Shown here: positions 20,477 to 33,920 of the stretch, piece after piece
Layout of the letters: each line of letters begins with the position of its first letter
Position numbering within the stretch: position 1 is the first letter of the stretch
Assembly: GCF_009914755.1 (NCBI RefSeq)
Contig: NC_060947.1
Length of the DNA stretch: 64,000 nt
Strand: one strand, 5' to 3'
Origin: the human T2T-CHM13v2.0 reference genome, Homo sapiens
Made by a program: the position numbers and the translations under genes
The notes under the pieces: model-generated
Told to the model about the DNA's origin: nothing
The model's database searches: none
The model's input: only the letters and a program-made list of their open reading frames with translations

Positions 20477-20710
20477 CCTAAGGGTGCTGCTCTTAGTAAT
20501 AACCATATTAGTAAGCAACCATTTTTGAGCACATATTTTATGCTCAAAAACAGTGTTAGAAACAGTATTAGTTTTGTGTCAGAAACAGTATTAAGTATTT
20601 TATATGCACATCTCCGACACGTAAGGTTGCCCTGATGTCTGCCACAGGCTCCTGCACTCATGAACCCATCGAAGCACCAATATTTTGTCACCCATCCTGT
20701 GGTTCAGTAG

Positions 20711-21082
<372 letters not shown>

Positions 21083-21574
21083 TGAGTAGTGTTACTCTTA
21101 AGGATCTACAAAAAGTTTATTGAAGCAGTTCTTTTACTTTTTATTATTTTATTGCATTCTTCATGTATGAAACTTCAACCATGGGTCCACAGGAGTTGAG
21201 TCGGGGGACCAAGTTGAATGGCAAGTTACAGGCTCTATTCAGAATTATGCCATTTTATCCATGCCCTAGTACTGCCCTTGTGTGTTTTGATTCCCTCTTC
21301 TTTCGGTTTAAATTTTCCCCTCCCCGCAGGACTTAAATATAATGGATGCAGAGCCAATCCACCTCCATCATCCCTCCAGACGTGCATGGTTTCTAGAAAA
21401 TATACAAGTTCTCAACTGAGATCTCAGCTAAATTTAGCTGCAAACTGAGTTTTCACTATGCTTTTCTAAGAAATTTTACTCATGTAATTGTTTCTTGTTG
21501 TCTTGTCTTCTTTCTTTTTTAATTTAAAAATATTTAATTGACAAATAAGGATTATATATATTCAAAGTGTGTGA

Positions 21575-21790
21575 CGGGGTATCCAATCTTTTGGCCTCTG
21601 TGGGCCACACTGGAAGAAGAAGAGTTCTCTTGGGCCACATATAAAATACACTAACCATAGCTGATGAGCTAAAAAAAATCACAAAAAAAATCGCAAAATG
21701 TTTTAAGAAAGTCTATGAATTTGTATTGGGCTGCATTCAAAGCCATCCCGGGCCGCATGCGGCCCAAGGGCCATGGGTTGGACAAGCTTG
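21575..21790. mobile_element. MER30 (hAT-Charlie MITE) inside an L1MA 3' fragment
   Basis: ggggtatccaatcttttggc...gggccgcatgcggccc...ggttggacaagcttg. Confidence 0.85.
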
Positions 21791-22686
21791 ATGTACAATG
21801 TGATGATTTGATATATGTAAATATTGCATAATGAAAGAAAGACAGTGAAAAGAGAAAGAACCTCAAGGATTCATGTCGTCTGTTTTTTTTTTTAGCAAGA
21901 TTATGCAAGTGTCTATATTATAGGCATCTAAGAGCATTAGTAGTGCCTATTTTTCCTCCTTTTGTGAAAAAAAGAGCACAGGAGTAGTGGAAAAAGAAAG
22001 GAGTTGACACATGAGGTAAAATAATCTATACTCTTCTCTCTTTTAGAGGTGTTAGAAAGATCTATAGCTGTATCTTCTCCAAGGTCAAGTCAGGGCTTGT
22101 GGTGGAATACATTCTACCTCAGCTCCTCCATACACTGATGACAGTATCCTGCATTCAGGGCCATGGAAAGGTTGACTTACTCAATCTCACCACGTGAGTA
22201 GCGATAGACTTCCCCAGCAATTTTATTCATCTAGCTGAATTCTTTCTAAAGACTATTTTGGAAATTCAATTTCTAGAGTTTTGAAAAATGAATTCCAAAT
22301 ATAACCTGAAGGCTTTGTTTATTTTAACAATTGAGATCAATAGGGAAAAGATAGAGTTTAAAATCATTTCCCATTCTATGAATGTTCCTCCATATGATTC
22401 AAGTAGCACCTAGTATTTATCATAATTTTAAATTTAATTGGCAACATATTTTATTGTCCTTTAGTATTGTGGTTCATTAATACTATCAAAACCTTTCAAG
22501 CCAGATTACCAAAATCTTGGTGACTTTTATTGCCAGAATTTGAGAGTTTGTTTCCTCCAATCTTCAATAATTTCACCCTCTATTTAGTTTACCAAAGCCT
22601 GTTAAATTGCTGTTCTCGTAATGTCAGGAGGAATTTCACATCTCTTTGCAGAATTAAACTTATTGAGTTGGTGTTTCACATGCCAG

Positions 22687-22687
<1 letters not shown>

Positions 22688-22728
<41 letters not shown>

Positions 22729-22742
22729 ATATATATATATAT
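22688..22742. repeat. (TCTA)n(TA)n microsatellite
   Basis: Directly visible. Confidence 0.95.
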
Positions 22743-24408
22743 TTATCCCTGGGGATTGCCTATTCACATTAATAGGAGCTGAGTAGACATATCAAGCAAA
22801 CAACAGCCCTCTCTTCACTTGACAATCAGGTAGCAAGGGTACAGTTATCAGTGCTAGTAATATTACATCTCCAGAAGAATTTAAAGGATCACTTTCAATT
22901 ATGGGTAGAGCTCTAAGCTTGATAGGATATTACAGAGCTGAACTATTTATAGAATCACAAATCCCTTCACAAACATTTTGGAAATTGATGTTTACATGTT
23001 AGCACTATTATAAAAATGTATTTTTTAAATGTATGCAATTAAATTTTTTTGCCAAGAATGTTAAAAACTTGAAATCATTGTGGAAAGCAAAAAAGTCCAT
23101 AGTATGTGTTCCTTAATAGAAGGCAACACAGCACTTTTTTGCCTGGAATTCTAATTTGCAAATCCAATGTCTCTCTCCAGATAAATGCAATGTAATATAA
23201 CTCGTACCAGTATGTAATATGCCAGTTAGGTGCCCCCAAAAAGATCTAGATCTGTAAATAGTGCTTGAGGACCAACAGGATTTCTTTGTGGTTTTATGCT
23301 TGACACTATTAGCATTTTTCATAGATTGAAAATGCTTTATTAGATCTTAAATCTTTCTAACAATATTACCTAATATCTATAGGTAAATTGTCATGTTTCC
23401 CAAGTGACAAAAAAGGGGGGCATTATTAGAAAGAAAGCATTACCAAATTTTCTGTTTTGGATAGATTCATATATATTATATGAATAATCAATAATATATA
23501 ATTAAATACATTATAATTACATAAATAAATCAATCCAAATATATATATTTTCGTCAGTCTTAATTTTTTTCTAAACAATAAGCCAAACCCTATGTATGCC
23601 AGGTACAAAGCATAATTTGGAAATTTCACCAGTCAGTGCTTTTCCATGCCATTATTGGGAGCATTATGCTTCTAGCTATAAAACAAATAATTAAAATCCA
23701 AGAAGGGTTATGTAATGAGAGTATACTCAAAGTGTCTGATGGGAAAGAAAATGACATGTAAAACCCTATGTAAATAAAGTAATCCTTTAATATTCTATGT
23801 AGATACTCATTTGAGACAAATAACTTTGTACAAAGATCTATTTTTTCAAATATTGTCTGCTTGAATGGCTTTTGATGATCCCAAAAGGGAACTGTAGATA
23901 GACCTTTCTTGCAAGTGGATTACTGCTTCTGCTGTACTGAGAGTCTGGATACATGCACAGGTATTACTGGTAAGAATTAAATCTAAAAGGGGCTGCCAAC
24001 TAGCAAGGTTCTACTTTGATCACATGCTGAGTACATATGAAGCCATTGAAATAATCATTAGTCTTGAAATAAGGATGTTGTGCCTGCATTCCTTCACCCC
24101 AACATAAGCATAGCTGAATATTTGGAAGATTGTTTTAATATAGCAAGCTATAGAGCTGCAAATCGTTATTTTTGTGGTGACCTGAATCTCTTTACATCAT
24201 TGTCCTTGAGACATTTATTTTTAGTATCTTCTATGTTCTTAAATAAGGTGCAATAGCTCCAGTAAGTAATCTAAAATGTTGTCATTTATTGACTTTTTGT
24301 AATGAAAATAACTAAAATTCCCCCAAATAATTTCTTTTACATGTTTACAGGAAGATATGAAAAATAAACACTTAAATAGCTTTTTTATTAACATTTAAAG
24401 AAAATTAA

Positions 24409-24806
<398 letters not shown>

Positions 24807-24959
24807 TAAAATGTGAAATTGATGACAATGACAGTAATTCCTTTTATTTGCTCAGTTTCTATCCAAATGTTAATTTAAGGAATGTAGATAACTTTGGTTT
24901 ATAAGAGCATTGAACAATGACCAGCAATCCAGTGGAATGCATTTGTTACTTTTACAAGT

Positions 24960-25289
<330 letters not shown>

Positions 25290-26595
25290 TAAAACATTGC
25301 TTAGTTTATCATCCATTTTCTCATCAAAATCATTCCTAACCATGCTGAGCAAAATAGAGGATAGAGCTCTGTGGCACAATACAGAGACTTTATTTGTAGT
25401 TGATATTGATCCATTAATTAGTATTCACCCAATATTTCAGCTACTATTCTTCATTTTATCTATAAAAATGTACCTAGAAATGTGGATTTGTGCTAATTCA
25501 TCTGATTTATAAAAATTCAGATAATCTATGCCTTCAATATTCCTGTTTTTACCACTTGGTAGCTTCCTGTTAATCTTTCTAGAGCTTTTATGTGCACATA
25601 CAGAATATGCACATATGTGTCTATCTGCCTTCCTTTCTTTTTACACACATAATAGCACACTATGTAAATAATAGCGTGCTATGAAACTGCTTTGCATGTT
25701 GCCTTTTCCACAAAATATATCTTGGACTTTATTCTGGAAAATCTAGATCTGCCACATTTTTAAATGGCTTCACAACATTGTGATTGCACAGATGTATCAT
25801 AAGTTATTTTGTCAGTTTCCTATTGATAGACATTTACATTGTTTCCAGTTGTTTGGTAATGCAAGCAATCTTTAGTACCTATCCTTGTACATACTTCTTG
25901 GTGCACATTTATAATAAGACTTATGCAAGAAAATTCTAAAAGTAGAATTGTTGAGTGAAATCGTACTTTAAATTCTGAGAGATCTTGTTAAAATGTGTTC
26001 AAACCAAAAATTTATGAGAGTGCCTGATTTTCTATACTTTATCTCGTCTGCATTTGTGGGCCTCTCATTGTTATAAGTTTTTTCTTATATTGAGTTATAA
26101 TCTATTTTTCTATAATTTCCCCCATTTATACTAGTACTGACCTCTGGATTTACACATAACATATTAAGTCCCTCTCACATATAACAAGTCTTTAAGCAGT
26201 TAAAGAGCGTCCTCAAGGTTTGCCCAAGGTTCATCTCCAGATTTTATGCTCTGTAGTGGAAGTTTGCCAGTTGGTTGTCAGATTTATCCCTTGACCTTCC
26301 CCTGTTTTGCTCTGAAATGGAAGGGGGCTAACACATGAGGTTATGTTTTCTAGGCTCATGTTGGCTGACTTCTGACTGAGTTTGCCAAAGTGAGACACTG
26401 CAGGAAATTGGACAGAGGAAGGATCTAGTGATATAAGTATTTATCTCAAGAAACTAGGAAGGGACTCTGGGCAGATCAACATGGCAAAATAGAAGGCTCC
26501 ACTGATTATGTCCCCACCCCTGCCCCCTCCCCCACAATGACACCAATTTAACAACTATCTACACAGGAAAAACATTTTCATAAGATCCAAAAATC

Positions 26596-26895
<300 letters not shown>

Positions 26896-29800
26896 TCAGG
26901 TAACCAATCATAGTGCCTGGTTATAACTTTATATTGCTGAAAGAGGCACTGAAGGGATAGAAAAAATAATCTTGAATCCTCAATGCCACCCCTCCCCCAC
27001 CCCAGGCAGCTGTGGCTTGGTGCAGTGAGCCTCCTTGACCACTGTGAGAGACACAGCAATTGTGAAGCACTGAACTCGCTGCTGTCCTGTTAGAGCACAA
27101 AGAAAAACCAGGCCAAACTCAGCTGATGCCTGTCCATGAAGGAAGCATTTAAACCAGTCCTAGCCAAAAAGGATTTGCCAATCCCAGTGATCTGAACTTG
27201 AGGACTCACAAACCTCACTGCTACCAAGGACCAAAGTGCTCTCAGACTCTAAGTAAACTTGAAAGGCAGTCCAGGCCATAAGGACTGCAACTCTTAGGTA
27301 GTCTTATTGCTGAACTAGGCCCAGAGACAGTGGATTGGTGGGAAAGGAAGGTGAGACATACTGAGACACCAGCTGGGGCAGCCAAGAGAGTGCTGGCATC
27401 ACCCCTTCTTTAACTCCAGTTTGCATACCTCACAGCTCCAAAAAGGCCCCTTCCTTCCACTTGTGGAAAGGAGAAGGAAGACTGGGAAGGACTTTGATTT
27501 GCATCTTGGATGCCAGATGAGCTACAGTAGGATAGGGCACTGGTTAGAGTCATGAGGCCCCCATTCCAGGCTCTAGCTCTCAGGTGACATTGTTAGACAC
27601 ACCCTAGGCCAGAAGGGAACCTGCTGCCTTGAAAGAAAGGACAGCGTCCTGAAAGCATTAATTACCTGCAAATTGAAGAGACTTTAGGACTCAAATAACA
27701 AGCAACAATACTCAGGTACTACATTGAGGGCCTTGCGGGATCCTCTGAGACCTGCTGGCTTCAGATAAGACTAAGCCTGTTATCAGCTGTGTTGGCTATT
27801 GGGCAAAACTCCCTCTGCTTGAGAAAATCAGAGGGAAAGGAAAGGGGACTTTGTCTTGCACCTTAAGTACAAGCACAACCACAGGGATGTAGAGCACAAA
27901 GTGGGCTTTTGGGGGTCCCCAATTCCAGAACTTTGCTCTTAGATGGCATTTCTAGACCTGCCCTGGGGGAGAGGGAAGCCCACTGCCCTGAAGGGTGAGT
28001 TCCAGTCAGTCAGCATTCACCACAAGCTAACTTAAGAGCCCTAAGGCCTTAAAGGAACATCAGTGGTAGTCTGGCAGTACTCCTTGTGGCATGGGGTGGT
28101 GGTGGCTATGGGGTGAGGCTTCTATGCCTTTGGAAAGGGGAAGAAAGAGTGGGAAGGATGGTGTCTTGTGATTTGAGTGCCAGTTCAGCCACAGTACAAT
28201 AGAACACCAGGTAGATTATTAAGGTTTTTGACTCCTCTTCCTGAATCCCAGGACAGTAACTCTGAACCCACCTAAGCCTGGGGGACCTCACCACCCTGAA
28301 GTGAAAGACCCAGACCTTGATGGTTTTGCCATCTGCTGATTGTACAACCTCAGGCCCTTGAGTGAACATAGGCAGTATCCAGGGAGTTATTACAGCAGAG
28401 CTTACAGCCAGTGGTTACAACACTGGGCAAGACCCAGTGCTGTGCTGGCTTCACATGTGACCCAGTGCAGTCATAGTGGTAGTAGCCTCAGGGGTGCTTA
28501 TGTTACTCCACCCACAGCATTAAATGGCTCAGAACAGAGAGAGACTCTGTTTGAAAGAAAAAAAGGAACGAGGACAAGAGTCTGCCTGGTAATCCATATA
28601 ATTCATTCAGATGTTGTCCAAGAAAATCAAAGTGGCATCTCTATGAGTCTGCAAGAACCACAATGTTACTGTGCTTGGGGTACACCCTAAAGTATATACA
28701 GCTTAGATCACAACACACGAGTCTCTTCAAATATCTGGAAAGCCTTAGCAAGAAGGAGGACTACAAATAAGTTCAGACAGTGAGGACTGCAATAAATACC
28801 TTACACTTCAATGCCCAAACACCAAAGAATATCTACCAGTATCAATACCATCTGGGAAAATATAAACTCACAAAATGAACTAAATAAGGCACCAAGGATC
28901 AATCCTGGAGAAAGACAGATATGTAACTATTTGGACAGAGAATTCAAAATAGCTGTGCCGAAGAAACTCAAAAAAATTCAAGATAACACACAGAAGGAAC
29001 TCAGAATTCTATCAAATTAATTTAACAAATAGATGACAATAATTTAAAAGAATTAAGCAGAAATTCTACAGCTGAAAAATGCAAGTGACACAATGAAGAA
29101 TGCATCAGTGTCTTTTAGTAGCAGAATTGATCAAGCAGAAAAAAGAATTAGTGAGCTTCAAGACAGTATAATTGAAAAGCACTTTCTAGATCCTGTTGAT
29201 GTGCTTCTTTGTTTTTTCTTATTTCTTTCATATCAGGAGAAAAACAAAGAAGCACACCAAAAGGATCTAGAAAATGGCCTCAAAAAGGCAAATCTAAGAG
29301 CTATCGGCCTTAATGAGGAGGTAGAGAAAGAAATAGGGGTAGAAAGTTTATTCAGAGGATAATAGAGAATTTCCTAAACCTACAGAAAGATATCAATATC
29401 CAAGTACAAGAAGATTATAGAACAGCAAGCAGATTTGACCCAAAGAAGATTACCTCAAGGTGTTGAATAATCAAACTCCCCAAGATCAATGATAAAGAAA
29501 GGATAGTAAAAGCAGCAAGAGAAAAGAAACAAATAACATACAATAGAGCTCCAATATATCTGGCAGCAGACTCTTTGTTGGAAAACTTACAGGCCAGGAG
29601 ATGGTGGCATAACATATTTAAAGTGCTGAAGAAAAACAACTTTTAGCCTAGAATAGTATAGCTGGCAAAAATATCCTTCCAACATGAAGGAGAAATAAAA
29701 ACTTTCCCAGACAAAGAAAAGCTGCGGGATTTCATCAATACCAGGCAGGTCTTACAAGAAATGCTAAAGGGAGTACTTCAATCAGAAAGAAAAGGATATT

Positions 29801-30343
29801 AATGAGTAATAAATGATCACCTGAAGGTACAAAACTCACTGGTAATAGTAAGTATGCAGATAAACATGGAATATTATAACACTGTAGCTGTGGTGTGTAA
29901 ACTGCTCTTATCCTAAGTAGGAAGATTAAATGACTCAGCAATAAAAAATAATAACTGCAACAAATTTTCAAGACATAGTACAATAATTTGTAAATAGAAA
30001 CAATAAAAAGTTAAAAGTAAGGGGACAAAGTTAAGGTATACAATTTTTATTAATTTTGTTTTTGCTTGTATGTTTGTTTATGCAAAGAGTGTTACGTTGT
30101 TATCAGCTAAAAACAGTGGTTTATATGATAGTATTTGAAACCTTCGTGGTAACCACAAACCAAAAAACATACAGTGAATACACAAATAATGTAAAGCAAG
30201 AAAGTGAATCATATCACCAGATAAAATCAACTTTACTAAAGGAAGACAGAAAAAAAAAAAGAAAAGAAAACAATTAAAATGGCAGGAGTAAGACCTAGTC
30301 AGTACAATAATATATAAATGCAAACAACAAAACATTAAAAAGT

Positions 30344-30626
30344 TACTGGGTGTGGTGGCTTATGCCTTTAATCTCTGCACTTAGGGAGGCCGAGGCAGGC
30401 AAATTGCTGAACCCTAGGAGTTTGAGACCATCTTGGGTAACATGGCAAAAATCCATCTCTACAAAAAATACAACAATTATCCAGGTGTGATGGTGTGTGT
30501 CTGTGATCCCAGCTATTTGAGAGGCTGAGGTGAAAGGGTCAATTGAGCCTAGGAGGTGAAGGTTGCAGTGAGTCAATCTTCTGCCACTACACTTCAGTCT
30601 GGGAGACAGAGCAAAACCCTGTCTCA

Positions 30627-30668
<42 letters not shown>

Positions 30669-30690
30669 AAGAAAAAGAAAAAAAGAAACG
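30344..30690 (+). mobile_element. AluJ with long A tail
   Basis: Diverged dimer with a pure A run at ~30627-30666. Confidence 0.88.
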
Positions 30691-31627
30691 ATAAAAAGCA
30701 GGTGGACAAAGAAGTTAAGCCATAGACTTTTTATTAGTTTGTTTTTTACTTGTTTGTTTGTTTTCTTATGCAGACAGTGTTGTTATAAGGTTAAAATATG
30801 GGTTATTGGTAGTATTTCCAAGCCTCATGATAAACTCAAACCATAAAATATACAATGGATACACAGAAAATATAAAGCAAAAAACTAAATTACATCGCCA
30901 GAGAAAATAGCCTTCAATAAAGCATATATATAAGGAAAATATTATCAGAGCTAAATAGAGAGGCCACAATTAAATAATAGCTGGAGACTTCATCACACCA
31001 TTTTCACCATTGGACAGATCCTCCAGACAGAAAATCACCAAAAAAAAAAAAAAAAAAATCAGACTTAATCTGCACTATAGACCAAATGGATCTAGATAAT
31101 TACAGAACATTTCCTCCAACAACTTCAGAATACATATTCTTTTCTTCAGCACATGGATCGTTCTCAAAGATCAACCATATATTAGGGCACAAAACAAGTC
31201 TTAAAACGTTCAAAAAATTGAAATAATATCAAGCATCTTCTCTGACCACAATGGAATAAAACTAGTAAGTAATAACAAGAGGAATTTTGGAAACTATACA
31301 AATATATGGAAACTAAACAATGTACTCCTGAATGGCCAGTGGGTCAATGAAGAAATTAAGAAGGAAATTGAAAAATTCCTTGAAACAAATGACATATCAA
31401 CAGAATGAAGGATAAAAACTATGTGATCATTTCAATTGATGCTGAAAAAGCATTTAATAAAATTCAACATTCCTTCAGGATAAAAACTCTCAAAAACCTG
31501 GGGATGGAAGGAACGTGCACCAGCATAATTAAAACCATATAAAACAGAGCCATAGCTAGTATCATACTGAATGTGGAGAAACTGAAAACCTTTCCTCTAA
31601 GATCTGAGATATGACAAGGATGCCCAC

Positions 31628-33920
31628 TGTATTAGTCCATTTTCACGCTGCCATAAAAAACTTCTCAAGACTGGGTAATTTATAAAGGAAGTAGGTTTAA
31701 TTGACTCACAGATCTGCATGACTGGAGAGGCCTCAGGAAACTTACAATCATAGCATAAGGCACCTCTTCATAGGGTGGCAGGAGAGGGAATGAGAGCCGA
31801 GTGAAGGAGGAAGCCCCTTATAAAACCATCAGATCTTATGAGAACTCAGTCACTATCATGAGAACAGAATGGGGAAAACTGCCCCCATGATTCAATTATC
31901 TCCACCTGGTCTTGCCCTTGACACATTGGGATTATTACAATTCAAGGTGAAATTTGGGTGAGGACACAGGCAAAGCACATAATTTTGCCCCTGGCCCTGC
32001 CCAAATCTCATGTCCTTCTCACATTTCAAAACACAATCATGCCTTCCCAACAGTCCCCCAAAGTCTTCACTCATCCCAGCATTAACTCAAAAGTTCAAGT
32101 CCAACGTCTCATCTGAGACAAGGAAAGTCCCTTCTGCCTATAAGCCTGTAAAATCAAAAGCAGGTCAGTTACTTTCTAGTTACAATGGGGGTACAGGCAT
32201 TGAGTAAATACACCCAATTCAAATGGGAGAAATTGGCCAAAACAAAAGGGTTACAGGCCCCATGCTATCTGAAATCCAATAGGGCAGTCATTAAACCTTA
32301 AACTTCCAAAATAATCTTCTTTGACTCCATGTCTCACATTCAGGTCACACGGATGCAAAAGGTGGGAACCCAGAGTCTTGGGCAGCTCTGACTCTATGGC
32401 TTTGCAAGGTACAGCTCCACTCCTGGCTTCTTTCATGGGCTGGCCTTGAGTGTCTGTGGCTTTTCCAGGCACACTATGCAAACTGTCGGTGGATCTACTG
32501 TTCTGGGTCTGGAGGATAGTGGCCCTCTTCTCAAAGCTGCACAAGACAGTGCCCCAGTGGGGACTCTGGGTAGGGGCTCCAACCCCACATTTCCCTTCTG
32601 CATTGCCCTAGCAGAGGTTCTCCATGAGGACTCTGCCCTGCAGCAAACTTCTGCCTGGACATCCAGGCCTTTCCATACATCCTCTGAAATCTAGCCAGAG
32701 GTTCCCAAACCTCAACTCTTGACTTCTGTGCACCTGCAGGCCCAACACCATGTGGAAGCTGCCAAGGTTTGGGGCCTGAACCCTGTGAAGCAATGGCCTG
32801 AGCTGTATGTTGGCTTCTTTTAGCCATGGCTGGTGCTGCTGGGATGCAGGGCACCAAGTCCCAAGGCTGCACACAGCTGGGGGGCCTGGACCTTGCCCAC
32901 AAAACCATTTTTCCTTCCTAAGCCTCTACGCTTGTGATCGGAAGGTCTCTGACATACCCTGGAGGCATTTCCCCATTGTCTTGATGATTAGCATTTAGCA
33001 CCTCATTACTTATGCAAATTTCTGCAGCCAGCTTGAATTTCTCCCCAGAAAATAGGTTTTTCTTTTCTATCCCATTGCCAGGCTGAAAATTTTTGAAACT
33101 TTTATGCTATGCTTCTCTTGAACATTTTGCTGCTTAGAAATTTCTTCTGCCGGATACCCTAAATCATCTCTCTCAAGTCCAAAGTTCCACAGATCTTAGG
33201 GCAGGGGCAAAAAGCCACCAGACTATTTGCTAAAGCATAGCAATAGTGACCTTTACTCTGTTTTCCAGCAAGTTTCTCATCTCCATCTGAGACCACCTCA
33301 GCCTGGACTTCATTGTTGATATCACTATTGGCATTTTGGTCAAAGCCATTCAACTAGTCTCTAGGAAGTTCCAAACCTTCCCACATCTTTCTGGCTTCTG
33401 AGCCCTCCAAGTCTCTAGGAAACTCCAAACTATCCCACATTTTCCTTTCTTCTTCTGAGCCCTTCAAACTGTTCCAACATCTGCCTGTTACCCAGTTCCA
33501 AAGTCACTTACACGTTTTTGGGTATCTGCATAGCAGCATGCCACTCCCTGTGGTACCAATTTACTGTATTAGTTTGTTCTCATGCAGCTGTGAAGAAATG
33601 CCTGAGACTGGGTAATTTATAAAGAAAAGATGTTTAATTGACACACAGTTCTGCATGGCTGGGATAGCCTCAGGAAACTTAAAATCATGGCAGAAGGCAC
33701 CTTTTCACAGGGCAGCAGGAAGGAGAATGAGAGCCAAATGAAAGAGGAAGCTCCTTATAAAACCATCAGACCTCATTGGAGCTCACTCACTATTGAGTAC
33801 AGTGTGGGGAAACAATCCCCATGATTCAGTTATCTCCACCTGGCCCCACCCTTGACACGTGGGGATTATTACAATTCAAGGTGAGAGATTTGATTGGGGA
33901 GACAGAGCCAAACCATATCA
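31628..33920 (-). mobile_element. Complete THE1D/MSTA-type MaLR element (LTRs 31628-31982 and 33565-33920)
   Basis: Two LTRs around the internal region. Perfect 5-bp TSD cccac at 31623-31627 and 33921-33925, in the L1 RT sequence. Confidence 0.92.
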
